64,000 nucleotides of DNA from Vulcanimicrobiota bacterium (GTDB taxonomy: Bacteria; Vulcanimicrobiota; Vulcanimicrobiia; Eremiobacterales; Eremiobacteraceae), in the NCBI GenBank assembly GCA_963805945.1, contig CAWDVP010000001.1, positions 128,001 through 192,000 on the forward strand, given 5' to 3'. The notes beneath the pieces were generated by a model, which saw only the letters and a list, made by a program, of their open reading frames with translations, made no database searches and had not been told where the DNA came from. Position 1 is the stretch's first letter; each line of letters opens with the position of its first letter. Shown piece after piece: positions 41,269-52,511 of this stretch. Made by a program: the position numbers and the translations under genes.

Positions 41269-44200
41269 ATGCCCAAGTCGCTCACACGGGCGCTATTCAC
41301 GGCCGCAGTGGTCATCGCCGCGATCGTTGGTCAGGCAACTGGGACGCTGGCCAGCAACGTCGGTAATCTCGTCGGCCGCGTACAGACGACCGCGTCGACC
41401 AGCACCATCACCAACGAAGCGCTCAACAGATTGCCGCTCGCCAACGTCAACATCTCGGCGGTCGCTCCGTCGGGCTCGTTCAAGGCGATCAGCAACGCGG
41501 GCGGATACTACGCCATCACCGGCCTGCCGCCCGACACTTACGTGGTGACGTTCGCGCTGACGGGTTACGTCACGCAGCCGCATCAGGGCATCACGATCCA
41601 ACAAGACCAGACCACCGTGCTCAACGTCGTGATGCAGACCGGCTTGACGACTTTGGGCAAGGTCACCGTGCGCGGCGCGACGTCGCTCATCCAGACGAAC
41701 GAGACGGCCAACAAGTATACGGTGACGCCGACGCAGATCCAGAACATCACCGGCACGCCGCAGAACATCTCGGAGACCGCCGTGCTCAACTCGTTGCCCG
41801 GCATCACCACCGACAACGGCGGCTACCCGATCATCCGCGGCGGCGCGGAGAACGACGAGGGCTACCAGCTCGAAGGCATCGATGCGACCGAGCCCTACAC
41901 GGGCCAGTTCATCAACAGCCTGTCGCTGACCGGCGAATCGAGCATCGTGCTGTCCACCGGCGGCTACGACGTCACCAACGGCAACACCAATTCGGGCGTG
42001 GTCAACGAGGTGATCAAACGCGGCTCCTATCCCGGCGCCGGCCAGTTCACGCTCAACTCTAACGCCCCGAACTTCGATCACCGTTTCGCCATCGAGTACG
42101 GCAACGGCACGCCGGACAACCGCTTCAGCTACTTCTATTCGTACAACGGCCTACGCGCGAACCGCGTGTACGGCGACCAGAAGACGTTCCTACCTCAGGA
42201 GGTTGGGGCGGTCGGAAGCACCAGCGGCAACGAGAACGTGCTCAACCTCTTCTACCGCTGGGGTTCGGATAACCGCAACGAGCTTCAGTACCTGGGTGAG
42301 ACCGGAGCCAACCTGTTCAACTTCGATTACAACATGCTGCAATACGGCGGCATGCAGTCGGTCTATTGCAACACGGTCGGCACCTTCGGCAACCAGACGT
42401 GCCTCCCGTACGGCAGCGCCAACCTTCAGGTCCAGGCCACCGTCGGCTCATCGGCAGCGGCGCATTCGCTTCCGTATCCAGGCCAAGTAGGCCTCAATCA
42501 GGCCATCAACTACCCCGACAGCGAGAACAACGTCCACTTCATCGAGAAGATCGCCTACAAGCGCCAATTCAACTCGTCCAGCTTCTTGGACGCGCGGATC
42601 TACCGCACCAGTCTTCACGACAACTTCAACCTGCCGTGGGGCGGCGGCGCGTTCGGCGACTTCGTCGAGAACCTGTCCGTCAACAACCAAGGCATCGGCG
42701 TCGACTATCAGAACCAGCTGAGCAACCAGCACCTCATCACGGTCGGTGCCGACACCGTCTTCACAAGCGGCACGTACCGCGCGGGACCGGCAGCGATATC
42801 GCCGCTCATCGAGCCGCTGGAACAGGGCTACCCTCGTCGGGATTGCGACTGCCAACTACATCGGCGGCTACAACTGCTTCCCGGTCGGCAGTCCGAGCTG
42901 CCCGGTGAACACGTTTGCGGATCCACGGCAATACATGCAAGATCCGGTGAACCGCAGCAACATCTACGCACAAGACCAGTGGATGCCCAACGACAAGCTC
43001 ACCGTCAAGCTGGGCGTGCGCTACGACGTCGAGGCGCTGCACCTGCCCTCGAACGCGGCCGCGCTCTCGACGACGTACGTCGTCGACGGATCGGGCAACG
43101 TGGTCGAAGTCCCGGGTGCGGCGATCGGCACGGACATCACCCAGCCGTCGCAGTTCAGCCCACGGATCGCGGTCACGTACACGCCCAACGCGGATGCGCG
43201 CAACGTGTTCCGTGCTTCGGCAGGCACGTTTATCCAGTTCGCGCCGCTCGTCGCTATCGAGAACCTGTTCAGCATCTCGCCGGCGGCGTACGCCTGCACG
43301 ATCGCGTCGGGCTGCTTCACGCCGCTGCCGGGCTACAGCCCGACCTGCGTCCAGGGCAAAGACCCCTCCGAACTCGTTCGCAGGCTGCAACAGCGTGACC
43401 AACCTCGGCCAGCAGCAGCTGCTCGATCTCAACACGAACGACTTCGCGCAGTACACGCCGGTGAAGCCGGAAAAGGCGTTCAGCGCCGATTTCGGCTGGT
43501 CGCACGACTTCACGGGCGGTTTGACCACCCGCATCACGCCCTACTATCGCAAGGGCACCAACTACACGATCACCAGCCAGTCCCAGATCGGCACGCTCAC
43601 GGACGGCACGCCGATCCTCGGCCCGGCGGTCAGCTCCAGCCAAGGTGTCAACGAGAGCACCGGCGTCGAGTTCGCCGTAGCCAAGAGCGCGGTGTTCGGC
43701 TTCAGCGGCTATCTCAACGGAACGTATGACAACACGTTTGCCAACTACAACTCCGACTTCTTCCCGGCGCCCAACAACGCCGCGCTTGCGCTCGGCCATA
43801 TGTACCACGTCAGCTACCTCGCGCCGGTGACCGCCACGGCAGGCATCACGTACCACGACCGCAGGGGCCTGTGGATCACGAGCGAGTTCCCGTACGAGTC
43901 GGGCTACCGCTACGGCGTGGGCACGATGACCTTCGTATTCGCGAACTGCGCAGACGTGGCGGGTTGCACGGGCGTGCCGACGAGCCAGGTCCCGGTCGAA
44001 GTGCCGAACTCCGACCTCGCGGCGATCTCGCTCGGCCTGAACCCCCGGCAAAGCGCATACTACTTCACAGACCCGACAAACCCGGGCACGATTCTGCATC
44101 CCAACATCACGGGCTCGCGCGGCACGAACGAAGGCTCAGACCCCGGGACGCTGCTTTCGCCGTCACACCTGTACGTGAACCTCTCGATCGCGCATGACAT

Positions 44201-44498
44201 CGGCAACGGGCCGAACCACTTCCAGGTGGGCGTCCGCGCGTCGAACCTGCTCGGTGACTTCAGCCCGACGGTGGTCGGACGGACCTCCCGCTACATCAAC
44301 AACGGACTGGGCGGCTACAACGGCGTCGCCGGCTGCGTCAACTACAACGCATGCGGCAACGGCTACATCCCGTCAGGCTCGAACGTGGTCAACCCCTCGT
44401 ATCAGCCGCTCCAATTCCCGCGCTCACCCCAGCCCTACGAGAGTGAGGCAACTGGGCCGGCGCGCCTGTTTACGTTCTTCGTAAGCTCGTACTTCTAA
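41269..44498 (+). CDS. TonB-dependent receptor (carboxypeptidase-regulatory-like N-domain); two frameshifts (near 42830 and 43370)
   Basis: Signal peptide, 'G.Y.ITGLPPDTY', plug 'LPGIT....P.IRGG', beta-barrel-like strands, terminal Phe. Confidence 0.85.
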
Positions 44499-44565
44499 AG
44501 AACGTAAGCGTTCGGGTCAGCGGCGGTGCGCCGTCGCTGACCTTGCCGGCCTTGCGAATTCATCG

Positions 44566-45518
44566 ATGAGAAAGGATCTTTCTGAAATGCACAAGCTTAA
44601 GGCGACGATGGTCGGGCTGTTTTGCCTCGCGGCCGTGACCGGTTGCACCACGAACACTTCCGTCAACACCACCTTCACGACGAAGCCGGTACTGCAGATG
44701 TCGGTGGGCACGATCAACGATATCCCCGGCACCTTGATGGCGCAACAGGGACCTGCGGCGGCCCTGGGCCGTATGTCGATGTGATCGAGACCTTCCGCAA
44801 CCAGAACGGCACCTCGGCGTTCATCCACCCCGGCAACGCGACGCTGACCCCCGGTACCGGATCGAACAACGTCGGTCCATCCACTACGGCCTCGGCATCT
44901 TCGCCTACGGTCAGAACTTCCAGTTGAACAGCGTTCCGGCGGCGGCGCCCGCATGGGCAGCCCCCGGATCGGGCAGCGGTTTCCTTATGGATGTCTTCGG
45001 CTGCGGCAACAACGGCGACTTGCCCGGCCCTGCGACCGGCGCGTCGCTGGCCGGCGGCACGGTCTATAAGCTGGTCTGACTCGGTTCTCGGTGAACAGCC
45101 AACAGCAGATCTTCACCGCGCAGGCCACGCTCAACGCGTCGCCCACGTTCCTCACCACGCCGGCCGAACGCCGCCTACACGTCCAACGCGGGTACAGGCG
45201 GCGGCACGTTCAACTTCGGCGCATATCCGGCCGGCGCCACCGAACAGGTCGTCGTCGTCTTGTCCGGCGCCGCGCCGAACAGCGTCGTCGCTCAAAGCCG
45301 AAGTGGTTTCCCCGGCCACCTCTGCGGTGCTACCGCCGAACACGCTCACCATCGGTGCGTACACGTGCTTCGTCATCGCCGCGGACTTCCCGTGGGTCGA
45401 AGCCGGCGTGGTCAACTCCCCAGCGGTCGGCGTCCAGTCGCCGGTCATCGTGGGAGCGAACGGCAACGCAGACATGTCCGTCGGCGCCCAGTACCTGCAA
45501 CCAGACATAATCGGCTAG
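44566..45518 (+). CDS. Putative lipoprotein downstream of the TBDR (frameshifted)
   Basis: Lipobox AVTG-C; coding-like codon usage spread over several frames. Confidence 0.55.
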
Positions 45519-45537
45519 TGACCGAACGCCGCACGAC

Positions 45538-45573
45538 AAAGAAAGAGCGGCAGCGATGCCGCTCTTCTTTTTC
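45538..45573. terminator. Bidirectional intrinsic terminator
   Basis: AAAGAAAGAGCGGCA-GCGA-TGCCGCTCTTCTTTTT between convergent genes. Confidence 0.75.
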
Positions 45574-45612
45574 CTCGAGCTTCGCTCGGGTCAATTACCG
45601 CTCCATTTCGAG

Positions 45613-46100
45613 TTAGCCGGGCGGGAGCAGCTGAAGGGCGTCGCGAGGCTTTCCGCTTTCGCGCAGCGCGGCGAGCCGCGCCGGATTGGCGAGCACGACC
45701 CGCGCGCTCGAGAACTCATTGAGCTTGCAGCCGAGCAAGATGTATGGCAGCGACAGCTCGCGATGGGGTTCGCTGCGATGCTCGAGTTCGGAGACGAGCT
45801 GCGCATCGTCCACCGAGATGAGCGCGCGCCGGATGCCGAGCGACAGCAGCCGGTCGAGCCCTGCGGTGACGCCCGCGTAGACGTAATCCCGACCCTGCTG
45901 CGAGGGCTGCTCGCGGACCGCGAACGGGATGAAGTGCTCACCCGCCGAGCCGGCGCGATCGAGCAGCGAACGGCGACGATGCCGCGACCCGCTCCGCATC
46001 GGATCACGGCGATCTGCGCCTGACACTCGCCTCGAGCGCCGGCTGGGGAGCGGCGCCTGACCTGCTCGGCGCCTTCGATGAGGGTGGGGATGGAAACCAT
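45613..46100 (-). CDS. Hypothetical protein with degenerate RNase H-like pattern (frameshifted)
   Basis: 'YAGVTAGLDRLLSLGIRRALISVDDAQLVSEL...L..F' resembles the helix A/strand 4 region of RNase HI-like proteins. Confidence 0.55.
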
Positions 46101-46106
46101 GGCTAT

Positions 46107-46135
46107 ATTATATCGAACAAGTGTTCGATAGGCAA
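46107..46135 (-). promoter_or_regulatory. sigma70 promoter with LexA (Cheo/SOS) box in the spacer; leaderless start
   Basis: TTGCCT-atcgaacacttgttcga(17)-TATAAT-atagcc-ATG, with palindrome TATCGAACA-AG-TGTTCGATA. Confidence 0.8.
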
Positions 46136-46143
46136 GGGCCGGG

Positions 46144-47347
46144 TCAGCCGACTAGGTCGAAGAGATCCTCGAAGTCCGTCATGGTGGCGGTCCCGGCCCT
46201 GTTGGCCATCACCGCGTCATACACCGCAAGCACTCGACCGGCCGTCGCCTTGATGTCGAAGGCAGCAGCCGCGGCCCTGCCATGGGCGGAGGCGGTCAGA
46301 TAGCGGCCCTTGTTCCCCAGCAGCGCATCGACGGCCAGCGCCATCCCTGGCGCGTCGTCGACCAGCTCACCCGCCAGATTGGGGCCGAACACGTCGCGCG
46401 TCTGAGGGCTGGCGGCAGCCACCACCGGGAGGCCGGCCGCGAACGCTTCCGCGAGGACCAGGCCCTGCGTCTCGGAGGTCGAGGGGAAGACGAAAAGGTC
46501 AGCAGCGGCGTAGAAGCCCGGCAAGTCCTCATGCGGCAGCGCGCCGGTGAAGATGACCGCATCGCCGAGGCCCTCGTCCCTTACCTGGTGCCGCAACGCG
46601 TCGTCGAGGTGGCCCGTGCCGATCAGCAGCAGCCGTGCATCGGGCCGGTCGCGCAAGACCAGTTTGAGCGCCTCGAAAGCGAGGGGCACGCTCTTCTCCT
46701 GGGCGAGGCGCGAGACGAGCAGCAGCACGGGCGCACCCTCGGGGATGCCGTAGCGGGCTCGGATGACCGCCCCGTCGGGCCTTTCCCGCCTTGCGGAAAC
46801 TGTCCAACTCGAGCCCGGTAGGCACCACGCAGACGGCGCCACCACCCCCACGTCCCGCAATTGGGCAGCCACAGCCTGGGTCGGAGCGATCACGGCGTCG
46901 GCGGCGTTCGCATAGCCCCGGGTGAGCTCCCGGGTCAACTGCGTGGTCAGCCGTTGCCCGAGCGGCGAGTAGTGGGTGTAGCGTTCGAGCATCGTGTGAT
47001 ACGTGAAGACGAGCGGCACGCGAAAGCGATAGCGCGCGTAATACTGCGCCATCCAGCCGGTGACGAATAGCGAATGCGAATGGATGACGCCGCACTGGCT
47101 CAAGAAGCGCGCTTTGTTGCGACGCGCGACGAGCGGCACGGTGAGATCGATACTCGGTGCGCGCCGGCAGCGGCAGCGACGGCATGAAGAAGACGCTACC
47201 GATCGCTTCGACGCCGTTCGGGATGCGCGGCGCGAACGTGTACGCCTCGTGACCGCGCGCGCGCAATTCTTCGGTGAGCGATTCGACGGATGCGACCACG
47301 CCGTTGATGATCGGGCGATAGACCTCGGTGAAAACGCCGATCTTCAT
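46144..47347 (-). CDS. GT4 glycosyltransferase (diacylglycerol glucosyltransferase-like; frameshifted)
   Basis: 'MKIGVFTE.Y.P.INGV', 'TYHT', 'ETQGLVLAEA.AAGLPVV'. Confidence 0.88.
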
Positions 47348-47530
47348 AGCGGGACCATCTTCTCGTTCTTCGGAACCACGATGCGTTGCGCGTTCCTTCG
47401 GCCGAACTGTGAATCCTTCAGCGGTACAAAGGGTCCGCGTAGCGGGAATCCCTTGTTCCATCGGATTTTGCCGTGATATAATCACGTCGTTGTTCTGGGC
47501 ATCGCACGCGCCCTGCTTCGCGAAAGCGAA

Positions 47531-48483
47531 ATGCGCCTTCAGCTCACAACACAGAAGCTGCTGAAGGCTTCATCCGCATCTCTAGAAACGGCCGCCGCCG
47601 GTCGCCAACCTGATTGGGGAGTCTTCATCGTCGCGCCGACCCGAACTTCGCACCGCAGCCTTCGCCGCGATCATCATCGTATGCGCGACGGCGAGCTCCG
47701 CAGCCGCGGTCGCGAACCACGCACATCGACAGCTCGATCGTGCGCATACCCTGCTCTCCAGCTACTCCGTTTCCATGACCCTTACCGACCAGCCGCTCGA
47801 TGTCGCACGTTCGGCCGGCGATCCGACGGTCATCGCCTCCGCAGACCAGCGCTACAACACCGCGAGGTTCGAATGATCCGCGCAGCGCGAGCGACATCGT
47901 GCAGCCGCAGGTCCGCGTGGTGTCGCAATTCCGCACGCGGCGCTCAGCTTGTGACGCTGCCGCCCTGCATCCCTGCCTTACCCCGGGCCTCAAACCCGGC
48001 CAGCGCAAGGTCGTCCGGGCCGGCTCGCCCGAGCTGAAGGAAGTCACCGAACGGGTCGTGCTGTGGGACGACGTGGTCGTCAGCAGCCGAGTGGCGCACA
48101 CACGTGTGCTCCGCAAGGGCACGCAGGGCTCCGTCGTGCAGGGCGCACCGCTCACCTGGGACCAGTTGGCTGCGACCACCTCCTATCGCAAACTGGTCGG
48201 CATCTATGAGATGGAGGCGACAGCCTATACGCCGTGGACCGCGACCGCCGCGCCCACGGGCAGGACCGCGACCGGCATGCAGGCGGGCTACGGCGTCGTC
48301 GCCGTCGACCCGCGCGTCATCCGGCTCGGCACGCACGTCTTCGTGCCGGGGTACGGCTTGGCGATCGCCGCCGACACCGGCGGTGCCATCGTCGGCAACC
48401 GCATCGACCTGTGCATGGAATCGGTGCGTGATGCGCTGATCTTCGGACGCCGTCCGGTCAAGGTGTATGTCTTGGCGGAATAA
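47531..48483 (+). CDS. G5 + 3D domain cell-wall protein (YabE-like; frameshifted, start approximate)
   Basis: 'MEATAY', 'VAVDPRVI.LG', 'A.DTGGAI.GNRIDL'. Confidence 0.8.
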
Positions 48484-48555
48484 CCCGCACCTCGGCAGTA
48501 CCTAGAGGGGCGAGCTCCGGCTCGCCCTTTTGTCTTTCTGCGACAGCGCGGTGAT

Positions 48556-49461
48556 ATGGACGACTACGCCTCCCCCAAGCGCACGCTCGCGGAACGCGGG
48601 CTGCGGCCGCGCAAACGCTTCGGCCAACAATTTCCTCGTCGACCAGCGCTTCGCGCGGCGCATCGCCGGCGAGATCGCAGCCGGGCAGCGCGGTGCTCGA
48701 GATCGGCGGCGGCACAGGTGCGCTCACCGCGGCATTGATGCACAGCGCGCGCAGCGTCGACGTCATCGAGATCGATCGCGGGCTGGTCGAGGTGCTGCGG
48801 ACGCGTTTTTCGCCTGTAGCGCCCGAGCCGAAGCTCGGCGCCCACGGTGAACATCATCTCCGGCGACGCGCTCGAGCTCGATCTGCGCGCATTGCTCGAG
48901 GCGCGGCCGCGGCCGCGCGCGATCTGCGGCAACCTCCCCGATTCGATCACGACACCGCTCATCGAGAGGATCGTCGCCTGCGCCGACGCATGGGACGAGG
49001 CGGTGATCATGGTGCAGCGCGAGTATGCGCGACGGATGGCCGCCGCTGAACTCGCCACCTCCGACTACAGCAGCTTGACGCTCTTCGTCTCCTACCACTG
49101 CGATGCGCCCATCCTTCGATGTCGGCGCGTCAGGCTTCTACCCGGCGCCGGCGATCGCTTCATCGGTCGTCCGGTTGCGGCCGGTCGCGCGCGGTCGGAA
49201 TGGATCGTCCACCGCTCCATCCGTGAAACGATGAGGCGCTGCTGTTGTGGCTGATCCGCGCGGCGTTCGCGCAACGCCGCAAGACGCTCGTCAACAGCGT
49301 CGCCGCGCAGGTCCCCCAAGGATGAGCGGCATCACATCGAGACCGCCGCGCTCGCCGCCGGCTTGGCGCCGAACATCCGCGGCGAGCGGCTCTCGCTGCC
49401 GGACTACGTGCGCCTCGCCAGCGCGCTCCACGCACAGGGCTTTCGCGCGCCGGTGCGGTAG
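48556..49461 (+). CDS. rsmA: 16S rRNA dimethyltransferase RsmA/KsgA (several frameshifts)
   Basis: 'P.KRFGQ.FLVD', 'LEIG.G.GALT', 'EID', 'GNLP..ITT', 'MVQRE', 'F.QRRKTL.N'. Confidence 0.85.
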
Positions 49462-49519
49462 TCGGGGCCGGATGGACGTTGTGAACGCGCCGGGCCGACC
49501 TGTGGGTCGGCCCGCTCCA

Positions 49520-50339
49520 ATGTCAGCGGTCGAATCGTACCAGCCGGCGTTCAGCGCGCTTGTGGCCAGGCTGGCGCGCGGCTGGGGTTCGTCGCCCTCC
49601 TCATGGGCGCGTTGTTCGTCGCGCAGCTCATCGTCGAGCGTCAGCCATTATCGTGACCCAGTTCGACGCAGTCGACATCATGCGCAGCGGCAGCCCTGCT
49701 GCCATCGACGGCCTCGCCGAGTTCCTCAAGTCGCCGGCAGGTCTCGCGCGGTTGTTCAGCCCCACGAACCTCTTTGTGCTGCAGCTCTGCAGCAGCGGCT
49801 CGGTCGTCGTGCTGGCGCTGACGCTGTGCCGCAGCATCATCGGCGCGAATCCGCAGAATCTCGGTTTCGGCCAGCCGACGACGGGCGCGCACCATCGCCA
49901 TCGGCATCGCCGCTGGTGCCGGCCTGCTGCTGGTCGTCGCTGCTCGTTGAGTCGATCCAAGAGGCTCTCTTCGGCCCGCATCCGCAAGCCATCGTCGCGA
50001 TCCTCGAACATCATCGCGGCGCGCTCTCGTTCACGCTCGATATCGTCGCGGTCTCGGTGCTCGCGCCCATCGCCGAAGAGCTGCTGTTCCGCGGCGTGCT
50101 CTTCACCGCGCTCGTGCAGCGCATGCCGCTGCCCTGGGCGCGCGGTCATCAGCGGCTGCGTGTTCGCCGCCAGCCACTTCGAATGGTGGAGCATCGTGCC
50201 GCTCGCGGTCCTCGGCGTCGGACTCGCGTATGTGTACTACCACACGCGCAACCTGTGGGCGAACATCGCCACGCACGGCACGATCAACGGGATCTCGCTC
50301 ATCATCGCGTTCGCCTTCCCCCAGTTCGCCGGGCACTAG
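49520..50339 (+). CDS. CPBP (Abi/CAAX) intramembrane metalloprotease (frameshifted)
   Basis: 'APIAEELLFRG', 'FAASH', 'H...N' motifs split across frames. Confidence 0.8.
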
Positions 50340-51323
50340 CGCGCCGCGAGCGCGCTCCAGACGTACGCGACGTACAACAGCCCGCACAGCCCCAGCGGCC
50401 ACGGCTCGACCCTCTTGCGCACCAGCGTCCAGAGGAGCACGAAGAGCACCGCTGCCATGGTCGCCGCGGCGGCGCGGTAGGCAGGGCCGTCCAGATGCCA
50501 GGGCGAGGCCAGCAGCGCGATCGAGCAGGCGACCGACGTCTGGAACATCATCGCGCCGATGACGTTGCCCAGCGCAAGGTCATCGAGATCGCGACGCGTC
50601 CATGCGATGATGTTGATCATCTCCGGCAGCTCGGTCGCGATGGGGCTGAGCAGCAACGAGACGACGAGCGCCGACACACCGAGCGACGCCGCGAGCGCGC
50701 CGATCGAACCGACGAACCAATGCGCGACGGCGGCGGTCACCGCCGCCGCGACCACCAGCTGCAGCACGACGAGGACCGGCGCCGGGCGCGCCGCACGCGG
50801 CGAGAACCGCAGCCGCGGCGGCGTCTCATCGCCCTCAAGGGCGCGGATGCGCATGTGATAGATGAGATAGGTGACATACGCGCCGATGATGGCGACCGCG
50901 GTCGCGATGCGCACCGGCAGCGTCGGAGCGAAGGAGGCTCCGATGACGAGCGCAAACGTGCAAGCGAACAGCGTCAGTCCGAAGACCACCGGCCGCGCCG
51001 GCGCGACGATCAGGTCGTGCGTCTTGCCGAGAGCGATCGCGCTCGCGCCCATCAGGCAGAACGCCAGCGTCGCCAGCATGAACGGCGCGCCGATCACCGC
51101 GCCGGTGCCGACCGCCACGCTGGCGGGATCGCGCAGCACCACGAGCGCGATGAAGACGACCGCGGTCTCCGGCAACGAAGAGCCGATCGCGCTGACGATC
51201 GCGCCGACCGCGCTGCGCGTCAGACCGTATAACGCGCCGATCCATTCCACCGCGTTGGTGAACGCGTCGCTCGCCAGCACGAGGAGGAGCAGCGCGGCGC
51301 AAACGTGGAGGATGAGCGGGCAC
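50336..51323 (-). CDS. Sodium:calcium antiporter family protein
   Basis: Alpha repeats 'GSSLPE' and 'ATELPE', 'GNVIG', about 10 TM helices. Confidence 0.85.
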
Positions 51324-51361
51324 CGAGCCGGGTTTGGCCCGATTTCCGGTGCTAACCCTGC

Positions 51362-52511
51362 GTGAAAGGACATCCAAGGCCGCCGTTGCCCTACCGCATC
51401 TTGCACGTCGCCGACGTCCACCTCGATATGGCCTTTGCGGGTTCCGACGCAGGCGCAGGCGAAGCGCGCCGCGCGCACCTCGAGGCGGCGTTCGAGCGCG
51501 CGCTGGGACTGGCAGCGCAGCACAAGGCGGACGCCCTGTGCATGGCCGGCGATCTATACGAGAGCCGCCGCTCCACGCCCGATCGCGCGGCCTACCTCGC
51601 GCGCGTGCTCGGCGCCCTCGCGCCGATGCGCGTCTTCATCAGCCCCGGCAATCACGACCCGATCGACAGCGCGTCGCTCTACCGTCTGATGACGGTGCCC
51701 GGCAACGTCACGATCTTCGACACCCGGACGTTTCACGCCGGTCGCGCTCGCGGACGGGCTCACGCTGTGGGGCATGCGCGCACGAATTCGAGCTCGACCG
51801 CGAGCCGCTGCTGCGCGGCTTCAAGGCGGAGGGCAAGGGCACGCATCTGCTGCTCGGCCATGGCTCGGATCGGGAGCACATGCCGCCGGGCAAGGAGGCG
51901 ATCGCACCGTTCACCGGTGCCGAGATCGCCGCGAGCGGCGTCGCGCACGCCATGCTCGGCCATTTCCACTGGCACGCCTGCAAGGCAAGCGCTACGCGTA
52001 TCCGGGTTCGCTCGAAGCCGCATCATCCGGGTCAAGGCGGCCGCCATACCGCATCGCTCGTCACGCTGGAAGACGGACGGGTCGGACTCGAGTTCATCGA
52101 CGTCAACCGCACGCGCTATGCAGACGCCGACGTCGACCTGTCGGAGTTCGGCGACCGCGCGGCGCTTGCCGACGGCGTGGCCAGCACGCCTGCACGCGCT
52201 GGCCAAAGGCGACGGCGAAACCGTCTTCTGCCGCGTTCGTCTCGTCGGCAATGCGCTCCCGACGCTCGATGTCGACGCGGCGGCGCTCGCGCGGGAGCTG
52301 GCCGGCGACTTTCCCGGCGCGCGTATCGAGGAGGCGTTCACGGCGATCGACGCGGAGGCAGTGGCACACGAAGGCTACACGGTCCGCGCCGAATTCGTGC
52401 GCGAGCTGCAGCGGCTCGTGGAAGACGGCGCCCGAGCCCGAGCGTCCGGACCTCGAGCGGGCGCTGCGCTACGGTCTGCAGGCATTCGCCGGCAAGAGGC
52501 TCGCGCCGTGA
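51362..52511 (+). CDS. Mre11/SbcD-like metallophosphoesterase (YhaO-like; frameshifted)
   Basis: D.HLD, AGDLY, PGNHD, HG, LGHFH, YPGS.E. Confidence 0.85.
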
